Assembly (NCBI GenBank): GCA_048270185.1
Contig: JBLWTJ010000003.1
Span: 320,001 to 384,000, forward strand
Reading direction: 5' to 3'
Length of the DNA stretch: 64,000 bases
Source of the DNA: Bacteriovoracaceae bacterium
GTDB lineage: Bacteria; Bdellovibrionota; Bacteriovoracia; Bacteriovoracales; Bacteriovoracaceae
Shown: positions 18,756-28,578 of the stretch, in pieces
How the letters are laid out: each line of letters starts with the position of its first letter
Position numbering within the stretch: position 1 is the first letter of the stretch
The notes under the pieces: generated by a model
Told to the model about the DNA's origin: nothing
The model's input: the letters and a program-made list of their open reading frames with translations, nothing else
Databases searched by the model: none
Made by a program: the position numbers and the translations under genes

Positions 18756-20135
18756 TTGATGTTTAAAACAATTAACTTCTTAATTATTTTAGCACTTGTT
18801 TCGTGTTCATCAATGAATAACGAAAATGTGGCAGAACAGGAGCTGGATCTTGCCTCACTTGAGCTTAATATTAATGTACAAAAACACACTTTAAAAAATG
18901 GACTACGTCTTCTCTTAGTTCGCGACTCAAAGCTTCCAATTGCTTCAATTTATACTTTCTACGACGTTGGTGGACGATATGAAAAAGAAGGTACGACGGG
19001 AGCGACTCACTTTCTTGAGCACATGATGTTTAAAAAGACGAAGAATTTCCCTGCAGAGCACTTTTCAGATTATATTGAAACATATGGTGGTAATTCTAAC
19101 GCCTATACAACTTTTGATAATACTGTTTACTACGAAAATATTGCAGCAGTAACTGTTGAGCAGATGATCGCGCTTGAAGCTGAGAGAATGCAAAACCTTG
19201 TTCTTGAAGAAGTTCCTTTTGAAAAAGAAAGAAAAGTCGTTCTTGAAGAAAGAAAAATGCGTTACGAAAATAAGCCAAGTGGAAAAATCCATCTTGCCAT
19301 GATGAAGTCGATTTTCAAGGGAACACCATATGGTGGATCTGTCATTGGAGATGCTAAAGATGTTGAGGCCCTAAAGCGTGACCAAATGATGGAGTTTTAC
19401 AAGGACTTCTATGCTCCAAATAACGCCATTATGGTCGTAGTTGGTGATATTGATCCATCAGCAATACTTTCTAAAGCAGAAGATACAATTGGAAAGATTT
19501 CAAAAAATACAAAATTAGAAGAGAAAAAGTCAAAGCTTGATAACTCAAAACACTATGTGAAATCAGTTAAGCTTCCTGTGGTTAAAAACCTAAAGGGTCA
19601 ATCGAAGAATCCGATGTTTCGTCTAGCTTTTCCGGCCGTTAGTGTAACACATGAAGATTCTTATGCTCTGGATTTCTTATCTGATATCTTAGGAACAGGG
19701 ACAAGCTCTTATCTTGTTAAAAACTACGTTGTATCAAAGTACCCAAGACTCTCAAGTGTTTTTTCTTATAATTATGGGTTAAAGAATGGAGGAGTTTTTG
19801 TTGTGGGTGGAGAGCTTCTACCAAGAGTTAGCATTAATTCAACTAAAGAGGCTCTATTAAAGTCTTTGAAGAAAGCCTGTGATAAGGCCATCACTCCACG
19901 TGCAGTTCAAAAAACAAAGAACTTACTTCTCAAGCAATACTATTCTTCAATTTCAACAAATGATGGACTGGCCAGCTTCTTAGGTTCAACTGAGTTCTTC
20001 TATGGTGATTACAAGGAGTACAAGAAGCAGCTTAAGAGCTATAGTGATATGAATGTTGAGAAAGTTAAGGCCGTATGTGAGCGTTATATTTCAAAAAATC
20101 AATATGCTTTCTTATCAATTTGGGATCGTAATTAA
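18756..20135 (+). CDS. M16 family zinc peptidase, catalytic subunit (lipoprotein)
   Basis: HFLEH (HxxEH), NAYT, EER..RY; lipobox LVSC. Confidence 0.9.
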   Translation: MMFKTINFLIILALVSCSSMNNENVAEQELDLASLELNINVQKHTLKNGLRLLLVRDSKLPIASIYTFYDVGGRYEKEGTTGATHFLEHMMFKKTKNFPAEHFSDYIETYGGNSNAYTTFDNTVYYENIAAVTVEQMIALEAERMQNLVLEEVPFEKERKVVLEERKMRYENKPSGKIHLAMMKSIFKGTPYGGSVIGDAKDVEALKRDQMMEFYKDFYAPNNAIMVVVGDIDPSAILSKAEDTIGKISKNTKLEEKKSKLDNSKHYVKSVKLPVVKNLKGQSKNPMFRLAFPAVSVTHEDSYALDFLSDILGTGTSSYLVKNYVVSKYPRLSSVFSYNYGLKNGGVFVVGGELLPRVSINSTKEALLKSLKKACDKAITPRAVQKTKNLLLKQYYSSISTNDGLASFLGSTEFFYGDYKEYKKQLKSYSDMNVEKVKAVCERYISKNQYAFLSIWDRN

Positions 20136-20137
20136 GG

Positions 20138-21529
20138 ATGAATACAATGTTAAAATTATTTAAAAATATATTTCTGATAAGCTCTATTGTTTCGACAAGT
20201 GTAATGGCCAATGAATTGGTTGATAATATTGAAAAGAGGCAATGGGATAATATCGATGTAACTTACTTAGAAGATAATAAGTTTCCTACTTATAATGTTA
20301 CGATCTACTTTGCTGATGGCGCTATCAAAGATGGGCGAGTTAAGGGTGTGACAAGTATGATGTTTAATCTACTTGAAAGTGGAACGAATCGTTTTAGTCT
20401 TAATGAGATTGCTGATAATCTTGAGTACTATGGAGTTTCAACAAGCTCTGATGTGACACACGAGTACTCACGATATAGTTTCTCTGGTCTTGCAAAAGAT
20501 ATTATTCCAACAACAAAGAAAATTTGTCATATTTTTAGAGACGCAATTTATCCAAAGAAAGAGTTGGATAAGGCCAAGAAAGCAATGATGGCCCAAAGAC
20601 AAAATCTTGTTTCAAATCACGGTCAACTTTCTGCCACCGCTTTCAGAGATATTAGTCTTAGAGGAACTCCTTATGTTTCTGATGTTAAAGGAAGACTCAA
20701 TGACCTTAAGAGAATGAGAAATAAGTACCTTCAAGATCGTCTAAGCTACTTTAGAAATGATGTTAAAAAGAAGGTTTATATAACTGGTCCAAGATCAATT
20801 TTAAAAATTAAGAATATCATCACAAAAGAATGTGGATTTAACACAAGCGCTAGTTTTGTTCGCTCTGTTGATACTTCTTCTAAGAAACTCGTTCAATTTA
20901 CAAAGAAGCCAATTATTCACTTTGTGGAAGTTCCTAAGGCCAATCAAGCACAGCTTAAGGCCGGTGTTTTCATCGCTAAAAACCAAGATCCTGGTTTTGA
21001 GAACTTAGAGTTTATGTCTCAATATCTTGGTGGTGGATTCACTTCAATTCTTGTTAAAGAGCTTAGAACAAAGAGAGGGCTTACATATTCAGCATGGGCA
21101 ACTGCCGGTATGCAAAAGGATTATGGACGATCGATTCTTTCAACTTTTACAAAGCGTGAAACGGTTAATACTCTTGTCGAAGAAGTTCTAAAAATTCTCA
21201 AAGATAATTCTCAAGCTGAAACAGTCAGTATGGATGAAATTGTAAAGGTGAGAAAGGCCGTAAAAGGTGGTTTTGCTTTTCAATTCCAAAAGCCTTCAAG
21301 CTTTATGAGTCAATTAGTTAGTCTTGATCATACAGGGCTTGATTTAAAGAGATTTATTAATTACACAAGTTATGTTGATAAGATCTCACAAGAAGATATA
21401 GCTAAAACTGTTTATTCAGCTTTTCCTTACGATAAGGTGGTACTTGTTGTCCTAGGTGACAAGAAGATGAAGAAGTCACTTCAGAAGATTGGAACAGTTA
21501 AAACATATTCTTATAAAAGTTTTCTTTAA
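20138..21529 (+). CDS. M16 family peptidase, non-catalytic partner subunit
   Basis: No HxxEH; LGGGFTS...ELRTKRGLTYS motif; directly follows the catalytic subunit. Confidence 0.8.
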   Translation: MNTMLKLFKNIFLISSIVSTSVMANELVDNIEKRQWDNIDVTYLEDNKFPTYNVTIYFADGAIKDGRVKGVTSMMFNLLESGTNRFSLNEIADNLEYYGVSTSSDVTHEYSRYSFSGLAKDIIPTTKKICHIFRDAIYPKKELDKAKKAMMAQRQNLVSNHGQLSATAFRDISLRGTPYVSDVKGRLNDLKRMRNKYLQDRLSYFRNDVKKKVYITGPRSILKIKNIITKECGFNTSASFVRSVDTSSKKLVQFTKKPIIHFVEVPKANQAQLKAGVFIAKNQDPGFENLEFMSQYLGGGFTSILVKELRTKRGLTYSAWATAGMQKDYGRSILSTFTKRETVNTLVEEVLKILKDNSQAETVSMDEIVKVRKAVKGGFAFQFQKPSSFMSQLVSLDHTGLDLKRFINYTSYVDKISQEDIAKTVYSAFPYDKVVLVVLGDKKMKKSLQKIGTVKTYSYKSFL

Positions 21530-21533
21530 TGAC

Positions 21534-21563
21534 AAAAAAAGGGTAAGGCTTGGCCTTACCCTT
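21534..21563 (-). terminator. Intrinsic terminator (possibly bidirectional)
   Basis: A7-GGGTAAGGC-TTG-GCCTTACCC between convergent genes. Confidence 0.8.
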
Positions 21564-21601
21564 ATTCAAATTTTTATTTCTTAAATAATTTTAGACTTTA
21601 A

Positions 21602-21940
21602 CTAAGACTCGAGAGTATGCCCTTGCATATTAACCTTTGCGCCAGGTGCAATGTTAATGAGCTTGGCAACGATTTGGCCTTTGACACTTCCTGTAGGGTA
21701 GACTTTGACACGTCCTTGCGATGTAATATCACCTATAACTTCACCGTAAATATTAAGATCACCACAACGGATACGACCTTCAATACGCCCTTGTGGCTCG
21801 ATTGTTAATTGATGTGATTCTTCGATTTGAATATCACCCTCAATCGTTGCACAAATATGAGTTGGACCTTGGAGAGTAATATCTCCTTTAATAACTGACC
21901 CAATACCAACGAAGCTAAAGTTCTGATCTCTTAAATCCAT
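21602..21940 (-). CDS. Bactofilin (polymer-forming cytoskeletal protein)
   Basis: Beta-helix repeats: IKGDI, IEGDI, GRIEGRI, IYGEVIGDI, TGSVKGQI, GAKVN. Confidence 0.85.
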   Translation of the reverse strand: MDLRDQNFSFVGIGSVIKGDITLQGPTHICATIEGDIQIEESHQLTIEPQGRIEGRIRCGDLNIYGEVIGDITSQGRVKVYPTGSVKGQIVAKLINIAPGAKVNMQGHTLES

Positions 21941-22669
21941 CTATTTAATCTCTTCTCTGAATAATTGTTGGTGAACAATATCTCCAAGACGATTGAAGAT
22001 GAAAACCTTAAACATTACAGTGTTGTTCTTTGGCATATCAAATTTGGCCGTCACAGGACGGAACCTTGAAGTGGCAAAAGACTCACCCTTTGTGTAGTTA
22101 AGTGAGAAGTTTCTGATTGAGTCTCCACCTTCAGGGTAGTGGAAGTAGTTATTTCCATCAAAGAGGAAGATGTGAATATAACCAGAAACTTTATTATTAT
22201 TCTGTGTGATATTGATGATATTAAAACTTAGCTCTGCCTTAGAAGCATTCTTAACAACTTTAAGGTCTTCTAGTTTAATACTTGCAGGACTTGTTAAATC
22301 TTTTTGTCCTTTAACTGGAGCAATAATATTAAGTGAACTAGCACTCGCCGCACTAATTGTTTCATTTGAAAGTCGGTTTGTTAGGTCGAGGTTTAATGTT
22401 GTAAGCTCTGTATTCTTTTGGCCTAGAGTAGCATTAACATCTCTTAGCTCTTTGATTATTAATGGCTCCTTGGCCTTGATAAGCTTTTCAATATTCTTAG
22501 TATAAAAGTAAGAACCAGCGAGCGCAAAAATTGAAAAGATTGTCAGAATAACCGGAACATAAAGTATGGCCTTATACTCGCCAGGTGATAGCTGTAAGTA
22601 GCGTGGAACTTTATTATTTTCATATAAAATGAAAGATAGATTATTCTTTTGCTTAGATTGAGTCGACAT
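21941..22669 (-). CDS. Hypothetical single-pass membrane protein with coiled coil and beta-rich C-terminus
   Basis: TM segment near residues 33-55, then a heptad region; abuts the bactofilin start. Confidence 0.65.
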   Translation of the reverse strand: MSTQSKQKNNLSFILYENNKVPRYLQLSPGEYKAILYVPVILTIFSIFALAGSYFYTKNIEKLIKAKEPLIIKELRDVNATLGQKNTELTTLNLDLTNRLSNETISAASASSLNIIAPVKGQKDLTSPASIKLEDLKVVKNASKAELSFNIINITQNNNKVSGYIHIFLFDGNNYFHYPEGGDSIRNFSLNYTKGESFATSRFRPVTAKFDMPKNNTVMFKVFIFNRLGDIVHQQLFREEIK

Positions 22670-22679
22670 TAATTACCTT

Positions 22680-23741
22680 TTAATTTTCACTATATGGTCT
22701 CGTTAAAGTGAGATTTAGAGTAAAAATTTGTTTTGGGTCTTGAGAAGTGAAAAACCTCTGACTTGGCTCAAAGCTTAAGTGTTCTCTCTCATTTGTGATA
22801 TCCATTGGGATACGTTGCCATCTTTCAGCAACAATCTTCCACTTGTAGTATGGATCACGCTTTAAGTAGAGTGTTTTCTTACCAATGTCATTAATTGTAT
22901 TACTTGTATAATCTTGTTTAAAAGTTACCACTACATAATCATCGGCCTTAAGTACTGTTAAGTCAGTTATTTTGATTGTCGGTGTTCCTGGATTTGAAAA
23001 GACTGCCTTCTTGTATTGAGCAAATGTATTGTATCGGCCTCTAGCAGGGTCTTCAAATTCAGTTCTTGAGTAGTGGCTTAAGTAGTTTTCAATATTCTCT
23101 GTTGCCCAAGCTGTTGACCAGCCCTCAACTGTTTCTAGGATCTCTTCTTTTTCTTTCTTCCAAGTTTCTTTATTGAAGAATTTTAGATTGTGGACAACAA
23201 CGATGCTTGTCTTATTAAGCTCAATATATTTTGAGATATCAATTAGATTTACATTGTGAGCAACAAGACAACCTTTTGAGTCTAGCCCTTTATCAATTCT
23301 TGGCTCATTATCTGTTGAGTGAAGCCAAATGCCGCCGCCAGTTTTTCCTTGTGCTTTATCGATTGGGTTAGGGTAGTTGAGAACAAATGCACCAACACCG
23401 TATTGTGCCCCAAGTTCACCGTGTCTTTTAATCAGATCTTTATGGTCGAGAAATTGATTAAAACTATAAACGCCTTCTGGTGTGCGACGATCTCCTTGAA
23501 AAGATTTATTTCCTACTTTTTGACCTGTGGCCATTTGGTAAGTCTTGATTAGGCGAGGCATGCCTTCGTTATTTTCATAAAGGTAGAGAGTATGAGTTGA
23601 TTTTTCAGCGACGATTATGTGATGCGCGAAATAATCATTTAAGAGAAGTAAATTCGAAGGTAGAAACTCTTTACCATGGGCCTGCCAAGATAGAAGAGAA
23701 ACTAAGAAGGTAGTTGATAAAATTAATATTTTTTTAATCAT
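22680..23741 (-). CDS. L,D-transpeptidase/carboxypeptidase (YkuD) with C-terminal NTF2-like domain (Csd6/Bd1075-like)
   Basis: GDRRTPEGVY, LNYPNPID, GGGIWLHST...SKGCL; C-terminal WSTAW...YLSHYS...FKQDY...GKKTLYL...WKIVAE. Confidence 0.85.
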   Translation of the reverse strand: MIKKILILSTTFLVSLLSWQAHGKEFLPSNLLLLNDYFAHHIIVAEKSTHTLYLYENNEGMPRLIKTYQMATGQKVGNKSFQGDRRTPEGVYSFNQFLDHKDLIKRHGELGAQYGVGAFVLNYPNPIDKAQGKTGGGIWLHSTDNEPRIDKGLDSKGCLVAHNVNLIDISKYIELNKTSIVVVHNLKFFNKETWKKEKEEILETVEGWSTAWATENIENYLSHYSRTEFEDPARGRYNTFAQYKKAVFSNPGTPTIKITDLTVLKADDYVVVTFKQDYTSNTINDIGKKTLYLKRDPYYKWKIVAERWQRIPMDITNEREHLSFEPSQRFFTSQDPKQIFTLNLTLTRPYSEN

Positions 23742-23953
23742 GAGAAGCCTTTTTAATTATAACTACCTAATATTGTAGAACATTTCTTTACTACTTCTCA
23801 AGTCTAAAGCGAGAAATTTCCAAATAATATCCGATAAAATAACTTTACGCGTTGTAAATACTTAACTTTTTTCAAAAAAAGGCGAAAAGGAGAGGGTAAG
23901 ACAGTGAATTATAGGCTCATTTAAATAAATTTAATGAGTATTTTGGGAGCCTA

Positions 23954-25549
23954 TTGGGGAAAAATATGTCAGCAGAAAAGAAACATGACGAAGAATTGAT
24001 GGCACAAAGTGACAAAATTCAGAGTGCAGTTGATGATGCACTTGGAATTGAAGACAGTGATGCTCAAGAAGCAACATCACTTACACTCGTGGATACCAAT
24101 GTCGATTTCTCTGAACTCAATAGTGAAGCTAGCTCTCCTGAAGATGAAGGGATTGAGCTTAATTTCGATGACGATATGTCAATTGACCTTTGTGGTGAAG
24201 AAGACGAAGTAGTAAATGCACCAGTTGATGCCGAGTCACCTTCTGATCTCGACCTGGATATGTCTGCCAGTATAACAATTAATCTTGCTGAAGATGGAGA
24301 TGAGATTGAAAACTTGTCACAAGATGTTGGAAGTGATGATCTCGACCTCGATAATAATCCAATCATTGTTGAATCTAAAGAAGAATCAGCTGCAGAAGTA
24401 TTAGAAGCATCAGGTGATCTCGATGAGGACTTTGAAGATTTTGACGATCTGGATATGTCTGCTGAACTTGATGATGAACTCGATGATTTAGATGGTGCGC
24501 TCGATGACTTAGGCGATCTTGATGATCTTGATATGTCTGCTGAACTCGATGATGACTTAGGTGATGATCTTGATGTTAGTCTAGATGATGATCTAGGTGA
24601 CGACCTTGATATGAGTCTTGATGATGTTAGTGATGATCTTGACGATATGATAGAAGAAGAAACAGGTGAGGTTGAGGCCGAACTTTTTGCTGAGCCTGCT
24701 GAGCCTGCTGAAGATGATGGGCCAGAAGATACCCTTGCCGCTCTTGATGGTATGGTGGATGAAACACCTGCACCAGCTCCAGTGGAAGAGATGACAATGA
24801 CGGCGGTATCATCAACTGATGAAACAGTATCGATGGATCTTCCTGATGAATTTGTAACACCTGCAGCTTCGGCTACACCTGCTGCTAGCGCTCAAATGAG
24901 TGGGGCCAATATTAACTTTAACCCAGGTCATATTTTATCTTCTTTAAGTGAAGAACAACTTCTCGATTTAAGAGTGACGGTTAATGAGTTAAAAACTGAT
25001 CGTGTTAATTTATTAAATGAAATAAATGAATTAAGAGCAATGGTTGAGATTATCAAAAGAGAGAATCTTAATGTGAAGGCCGAAGCTGATGAAAAGCAAA
25101 TTGAGCTTTCAATTGCACGCAAGCGCCACGCTCTTGAACTAGAAGATACAAAAGCACTACTTGATAATTACAAGCATGGGCTAGAATTAAGTGAAGCAAA
25201 GAATAAGGCGTTAAGAGAAGAGATTGATCAAGTTGCCATTCGTCTAAATCATGGGCATTCAAATACTAGGGCCCGTGAACAAGAACTAGAAAGTCAGTTA
25301 GAATTGATGGCCATTGATTCAGATAATAAGATCAAGGCCCGTGATGAGAAAATCTTAGAACTTAAAAGAAAGATTGATACGCTAGAATTTAATATGGAAA
25401 ATATTTCAATTAATGAGCGTCAAGCACGTAAAGAGAAGAGGCTTGCAGATCAAAAACTTGAACGCTTAGTAAATAATCTACGCGGCTCTTTAAGTGTTGT
25501 GTCAGATACACTAGAATTAGATGACACAGAAATTGATGTGGAGAATTAG
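23954..25549 (+). CDS. Highly acidic low-complexity protein with C-terminal coiled coil
   Basis: About 300 aa rich in D/E with DDLDMS repeats, then about 190 aa of heptad-rich sequence; no signal peptide or TM segment. Confidence 0.75.
   Translation: MGKNMSAEKKHDEELMAQSDKIQSAVDDALGIEDSDAQEATSLTLVDTNVDFSELNSEASSPEDEGIELNFDDDMSIDLCGEEDEVVNAPVDAESPSDLDLDMSASITINLAEDGDEIENLSQDVGSDDLDLDNNPIIVESKEESAAEVLEASGDLDEDFEDFDDLDMSAELDDELDDLDGALDDLGDLDDLDMSAELDDDLGDDLDVSLDDDLGDDLDMSLDDVSDDLDDMIEEETGEVEAELFAEPAEPAEDDGPEDTLAALDGMVDETPAPAPVEEMTMTAVSSTDETVSMDLPDEFVTPAASATPAASAQMSGANINFNPGHILSSLSEEQLLDLRVTVNELKTDRVNLLNEINELRAMVEIIKRENLNVKAEADEKQIELSIARKRHALELEDTKALLDNYKHGLELSEAKNKALREEIDQVAIRLNHGHSNTRAREQELESQLELMAIDSDNKIKARDEKILELKRKIDTLEFNMENISINERQARKEKRLADQKLERLVNNLRGSLSVVSDTLELDDTEIDVEN
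24415..24650 (+). repeat. Degenerate coding tandem repeats (DDLDMSAELDD / DDLGDDLDxSLDD)
   Basis: GATATGTCTGCTGAACTYGATGATGA occurs twice (about 24452 and 24530), followed by further GATGATCT units. Confidence 0.7.
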
Positions 25550-25557
25550 AAATTAAT

Positions 25558-26520
25558 ATGTTGGAAAAACAATACGAATCCCTATTAAACTTTATTTGCG
25601 AGAACTTAGAAGAGCAAAACTTTAATATAATTTTAAAGTCTTTTCGCGATTTTATTCGACGTGAGTTTGACTCTAAAACTCCACTTGTTTTTGCAACTCT
25701 AATGGGAGACTCTGCAAGTCCAATTATTCGTGATTTCTATAATAATAAAATTGAAGATGAATATCCCAAAAAAGCCTATCAGGAAATTATGGGGGCCCTC
25801 AAGTGTCAAAAGACTTCTTTTGAAATAGAAGGTGAGAGTTATCGAATTCTTGATGTTGGATTTAATGGTAGTCAAAATCTCTATATTGTTTTAGCAGGAG
25901 AGTTCTCTGCTCCAATCATTAGGCAAATTGAAAACTACATCCAATCAAAATTTAAAAGCTTACTAGAGATTAAAGAATTAAAGCGTCTACAATCATTGGC
26001 CCATGTTGATGATGTCACAGGACTTTATAATCAACGTAAGTTTAAAAGTGATATTGAAGCTTCAATTAGAGAGTATGAGGCCCTTGAGCGATCATTTTCT
26101 TTAATCTTCATTGATATCGATTTTTTTAAAAGTATTAATGACGGCCATGGACACCTCATTGGAACAAGTTTATTAAACCAAGTTGCTCAATCAATTAAGG
26201 CCACTGTAAGAGAGGATGATCTCTGTTATCGCTATGGTGGAGATGAGTTTGTTGTCTTGGCACCATATTCAAGTCTTGAAGATGCAAAGCATATTGGTCA
26301 GCGTATTCTAAGCCGTGTTAAGTCGACTGTTTATAAGATTGAAGCTGATCTAGAAATTAATTCTCACGAAGATGAAGATGTCCAATTAAGTGTCTCCATC
26401 GGTGTGGCCAATTATCCTACTAATGCTTCAAGTCGAAATGAAATTATCGGAATGGCCGATAAAATGATGTATGAAGCAAAAAAGTCTGGACGTGGCAAAG
26501 TCTGTGTTGCAGACTCTTAA
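25558..26520 (+). CDS. Diguanylate cyclase (GGDEF)
   Basis: DDVTGLYN, DIDFFKSINDGHGHLIG, intact RYGGDEF, I-site REDD, ADKMMYEAKKSGR. Confidence 0.92.
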   Translation: MLEKQYESLLNFICENLEEQNFNIILKSFRDFIRREFDSKTPLVFATLMGDSASPIIRDFYNNKIEDEYPKKAYQEIMGALKCQKTSFEIEGESYRILDVGFNGSQNLYIVLAGEFSAPIIRQIENYIQSKFKSLLEIKELKRLQSLAHVDDVTGLYNQRKFKSDIEASIREYEALERSFSLIFIDIDFFKSINDGHGHLIGTSLLNQVAQSIKATVREDDLCYRYGGDEFVVLAPYSSLEDAKHIGQRILSRVKSTVYKIEADLEINSHEDEDVQLSVSIGVANYPTNASSRNEIIGMADKMMYEAKKSGRGKVCVADS

Positions 26521-26523
26521 AAT

Positions 26524-27603
26524 ATGAAATACCTGATTCTCTCCGATCTCCATTTAGGCAAGGGTAGCTACCTGCAAAACGGTGAATTCAATATTCTTGA
26601 AGACTTCTTTGAGGATAATCGCTTCTATGAGTTTTGTGACTACTTTTCTTCCAAAGAATATTACTCTCAACCTGTAACAATTGTTATGAATGGTGATATT
26701 TTAAACCTCATTCAAATTGATACTGATGGAGTCTTTACTCACGTTGTGGATGAAGAGATGACTAAGAAGCAAATTGAAGATATTGCTAAAGGGCATCCTC
26801 GTTTCTTTGCAGGCCTTAAGAAGTTCTTAAGAGCACCTCATAAGAGAATTGTCTATGTTGTCGGTAATCACGATGTGGGTATGCTTTTTAAGGGCGCTCA
26901 GGATAAGTTCTCTGATATTTGTGGCAGCCAAATAGAGTTTACTGAAACTTTTTGTGAGAATGGCCTACACGTTGAACACGGTCATCGTTTTGAAGCAGTT
27001 AACACAGTTCCTAAGGCCAAGCAATTTATCAAAGGGCCAAATGGTAAAGAGATTTTAAATTTTCCTTGGGGATCATTATTTTGTATTAATGTTCTACCTA
27101 AGCTCAAAAAAGAGCGTCCATATATTGATAAGGTAAGACCTATGTCTTCCTACGTAAAATGGTGTCTCTTTAATGATACAAAGTTTTTCTTTCGTTTACT
27201 CTTTACTTGCCTTAATTACGTTACAAAGACTTATTCAAATTACTTTACGAAGCAAAATACGAACTTCAAGACGTCCATTAAAATTCTACAACAAATCACT
27301 ATTTATCCGCGCTATGAGCGTATGGCCCGTCGAATATTAGACAAAGATAGCTCTGTTCATACTGTTGTTATGGGACATACTCACGTTCAAGAGTGGAGGC
27401 GTTTTCCAGAAGGCCGCTATTACTTCAATACTGGAACTTGGAATAATATTCCGTCAATTGATGCAGCGATGCACCAAGATACTCTAAGCCTAACATATTG
27501 TACGGTAGAAGTTCACCCAGAAGGTAAGTCCTTAGTAAATGCATCAATGAATCAGTGGATGGGTCAGTGGAAGCCTTATATCGAAGAAGTTCGAACAAGC
27601 TAG
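26524..27603 (+). CDS. Calcineurin-like metallophosphoesterase
   Basis: SDLHLG, NGD, GNHD, HGH and GHTH motifs. Confidence 0.85.
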   Translation: MKYLILSDLHLGKGSYLQNGEFNILEDFFEDNRFYEFCDYFSSKEYYSQPVTIVMNGDILNLIQIDTDGVFTHVVDEEMTKKQIEDIAKGHPRFFAGLKKFLRAPHKRIVYVVGNHDVGMLFKGAQDKFSDICGSQIEFTETFCENGLHVEHGHRFEAVNTVPKAKQFIKGPNGKEILNFPWGSLFCINVLPKLKKERPYIDKVRPMSSYVKWCLFNDTKFFFRLLFTCLNYVTKTYSNYFTKQNTNFKTSIKILQQITIYPRYERMARRILDKDSSVHTVVMGHTHVQEWRRFPEGRYYFNTGTWNNIPSIDAAMHQDTLSLTYCTVEVHPEGKSLVNASMNQWMGQWKPYIEEVRTS

Positions 27604-27619
27604 ATCTTCTATTTTGAGC

Positions 27620-27662
27620 AAAAAAAAACGACGTTCCTAAAAAGTCCTTTCCCGAAACGCCG
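27620..27662 (-). terminator. Minus-strand intrinsic terminator with no adjacent minus-strand gene
   Basis: CGGCGTTTC-GGGAAAGGACTTTTTA-GGAACGTCG followed by T9 on the minus strand. Confidence 0.65.
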
Positions 27663-27948
27663 AAGTGTCTTTAATTTTTTGTCTCTGCTTATTAATAAGT
27701 TTAGACGAATTTTCGAATTTCACAAGGACTATTTTCTTACAGTAACTCGCACCCAAGATCATCTTAGTCCATTATTCAAAACGCCCTAATAGAGCTTGTT
27801 TACATGCTCTATAAATTATGTTTCTATAGTTTCTAACATCAATATTTTATTGATATATTTTGGTAGGTTTTTTTTGTTTGGCCACAGCTTTAGAGCTGAC
27901 TAATAGAAATATTTTTGATAATAAAAACTTGGCCAGTTTACGACGAAT

Positions 27949-28578
27949 ATGAGGCAAATTATCGTGAAAAAGTATGAATCAATTAGAATATTTAAGAACC
28001 CAATTTTAGAGGCAACGACTCACGTTCATCCTATCGTTCCACTAGTTCTTTGGGCGCCATTTGTTATTTATCTAATTTACATTTCATATACCGAATATTC
28101 TTACTCTCACTCAAAACTTATCGTTTGCGCTGTTAGTGGAATCATTATTTGGACACTAACTGAGTATGTTCTACACCGCTTTGTTTTTCACTTAAAACCA
28201 ATTGGACCTTTAACTGAAAGATTTGTTTTCTTGTTTCATGGCCTTCATCACGATGATCCTAATGATCCGACGAGACTTGTTATGCCACCTGTTCCAGCTA
28301 TTTTAATAATGGCCTTAATTTGGGGATTCTTTGCTCTCTTTATTCCTGAAAATTTTATGACAGGCTTCATGGCCTTCTTTATCGTCGGCTATCTTTGCTA
28401 TGATTATATTCATTATGGAACACACCATTTTAAAATGACAGGCAAAGTGGGGCGCTACCTTAAGAAGTTTCACCTTCAACATCACTTTCGCCATGAGAAG
28501 GCAAAGTACGGCGTAAGCTCTCCATTATGGGACTATGTCTTTCGAACTGTAACAGGAGAAAAAGAAGAAGGTTATTAG
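27949..28578 (+). CDS. Fatty acid hydroxylase (FA2H/Scs7-like) membrane di-metal enzyme
   Basis: His boxes EYVLHRFVFH, HGLHH, HYGTHH, HLQHH; RLVMPP; YGVSSPLWD. Confidence 0.85.
   Translation: MRQIIVKKYESIRIFKNPILEATTHVHPIVPLVLWAPFVIYLIYISYTEYSYSHSKLIVCAVSGIIIWTLTEYVLHRFVFHLKPIGPLTERFVFLFHGLHHDDPNDPTRLVMPPVPAILIMALIWGFFALFIPENFMTGFMAFFIVGYLCYDYIHYGTHHFKMTGKVGRYLKKFHLQHHFRHEKAKYGVSSPLWDYVFRTVTGEKEEGY

Noticed and set aside
24415..24650. Repeated DNA units considered as a possible CRISPR array or VNTR
   Set aside because: The units are degenerate, in frame and encode Asp-rich peptides; there are no unique spacers and no cas genes.
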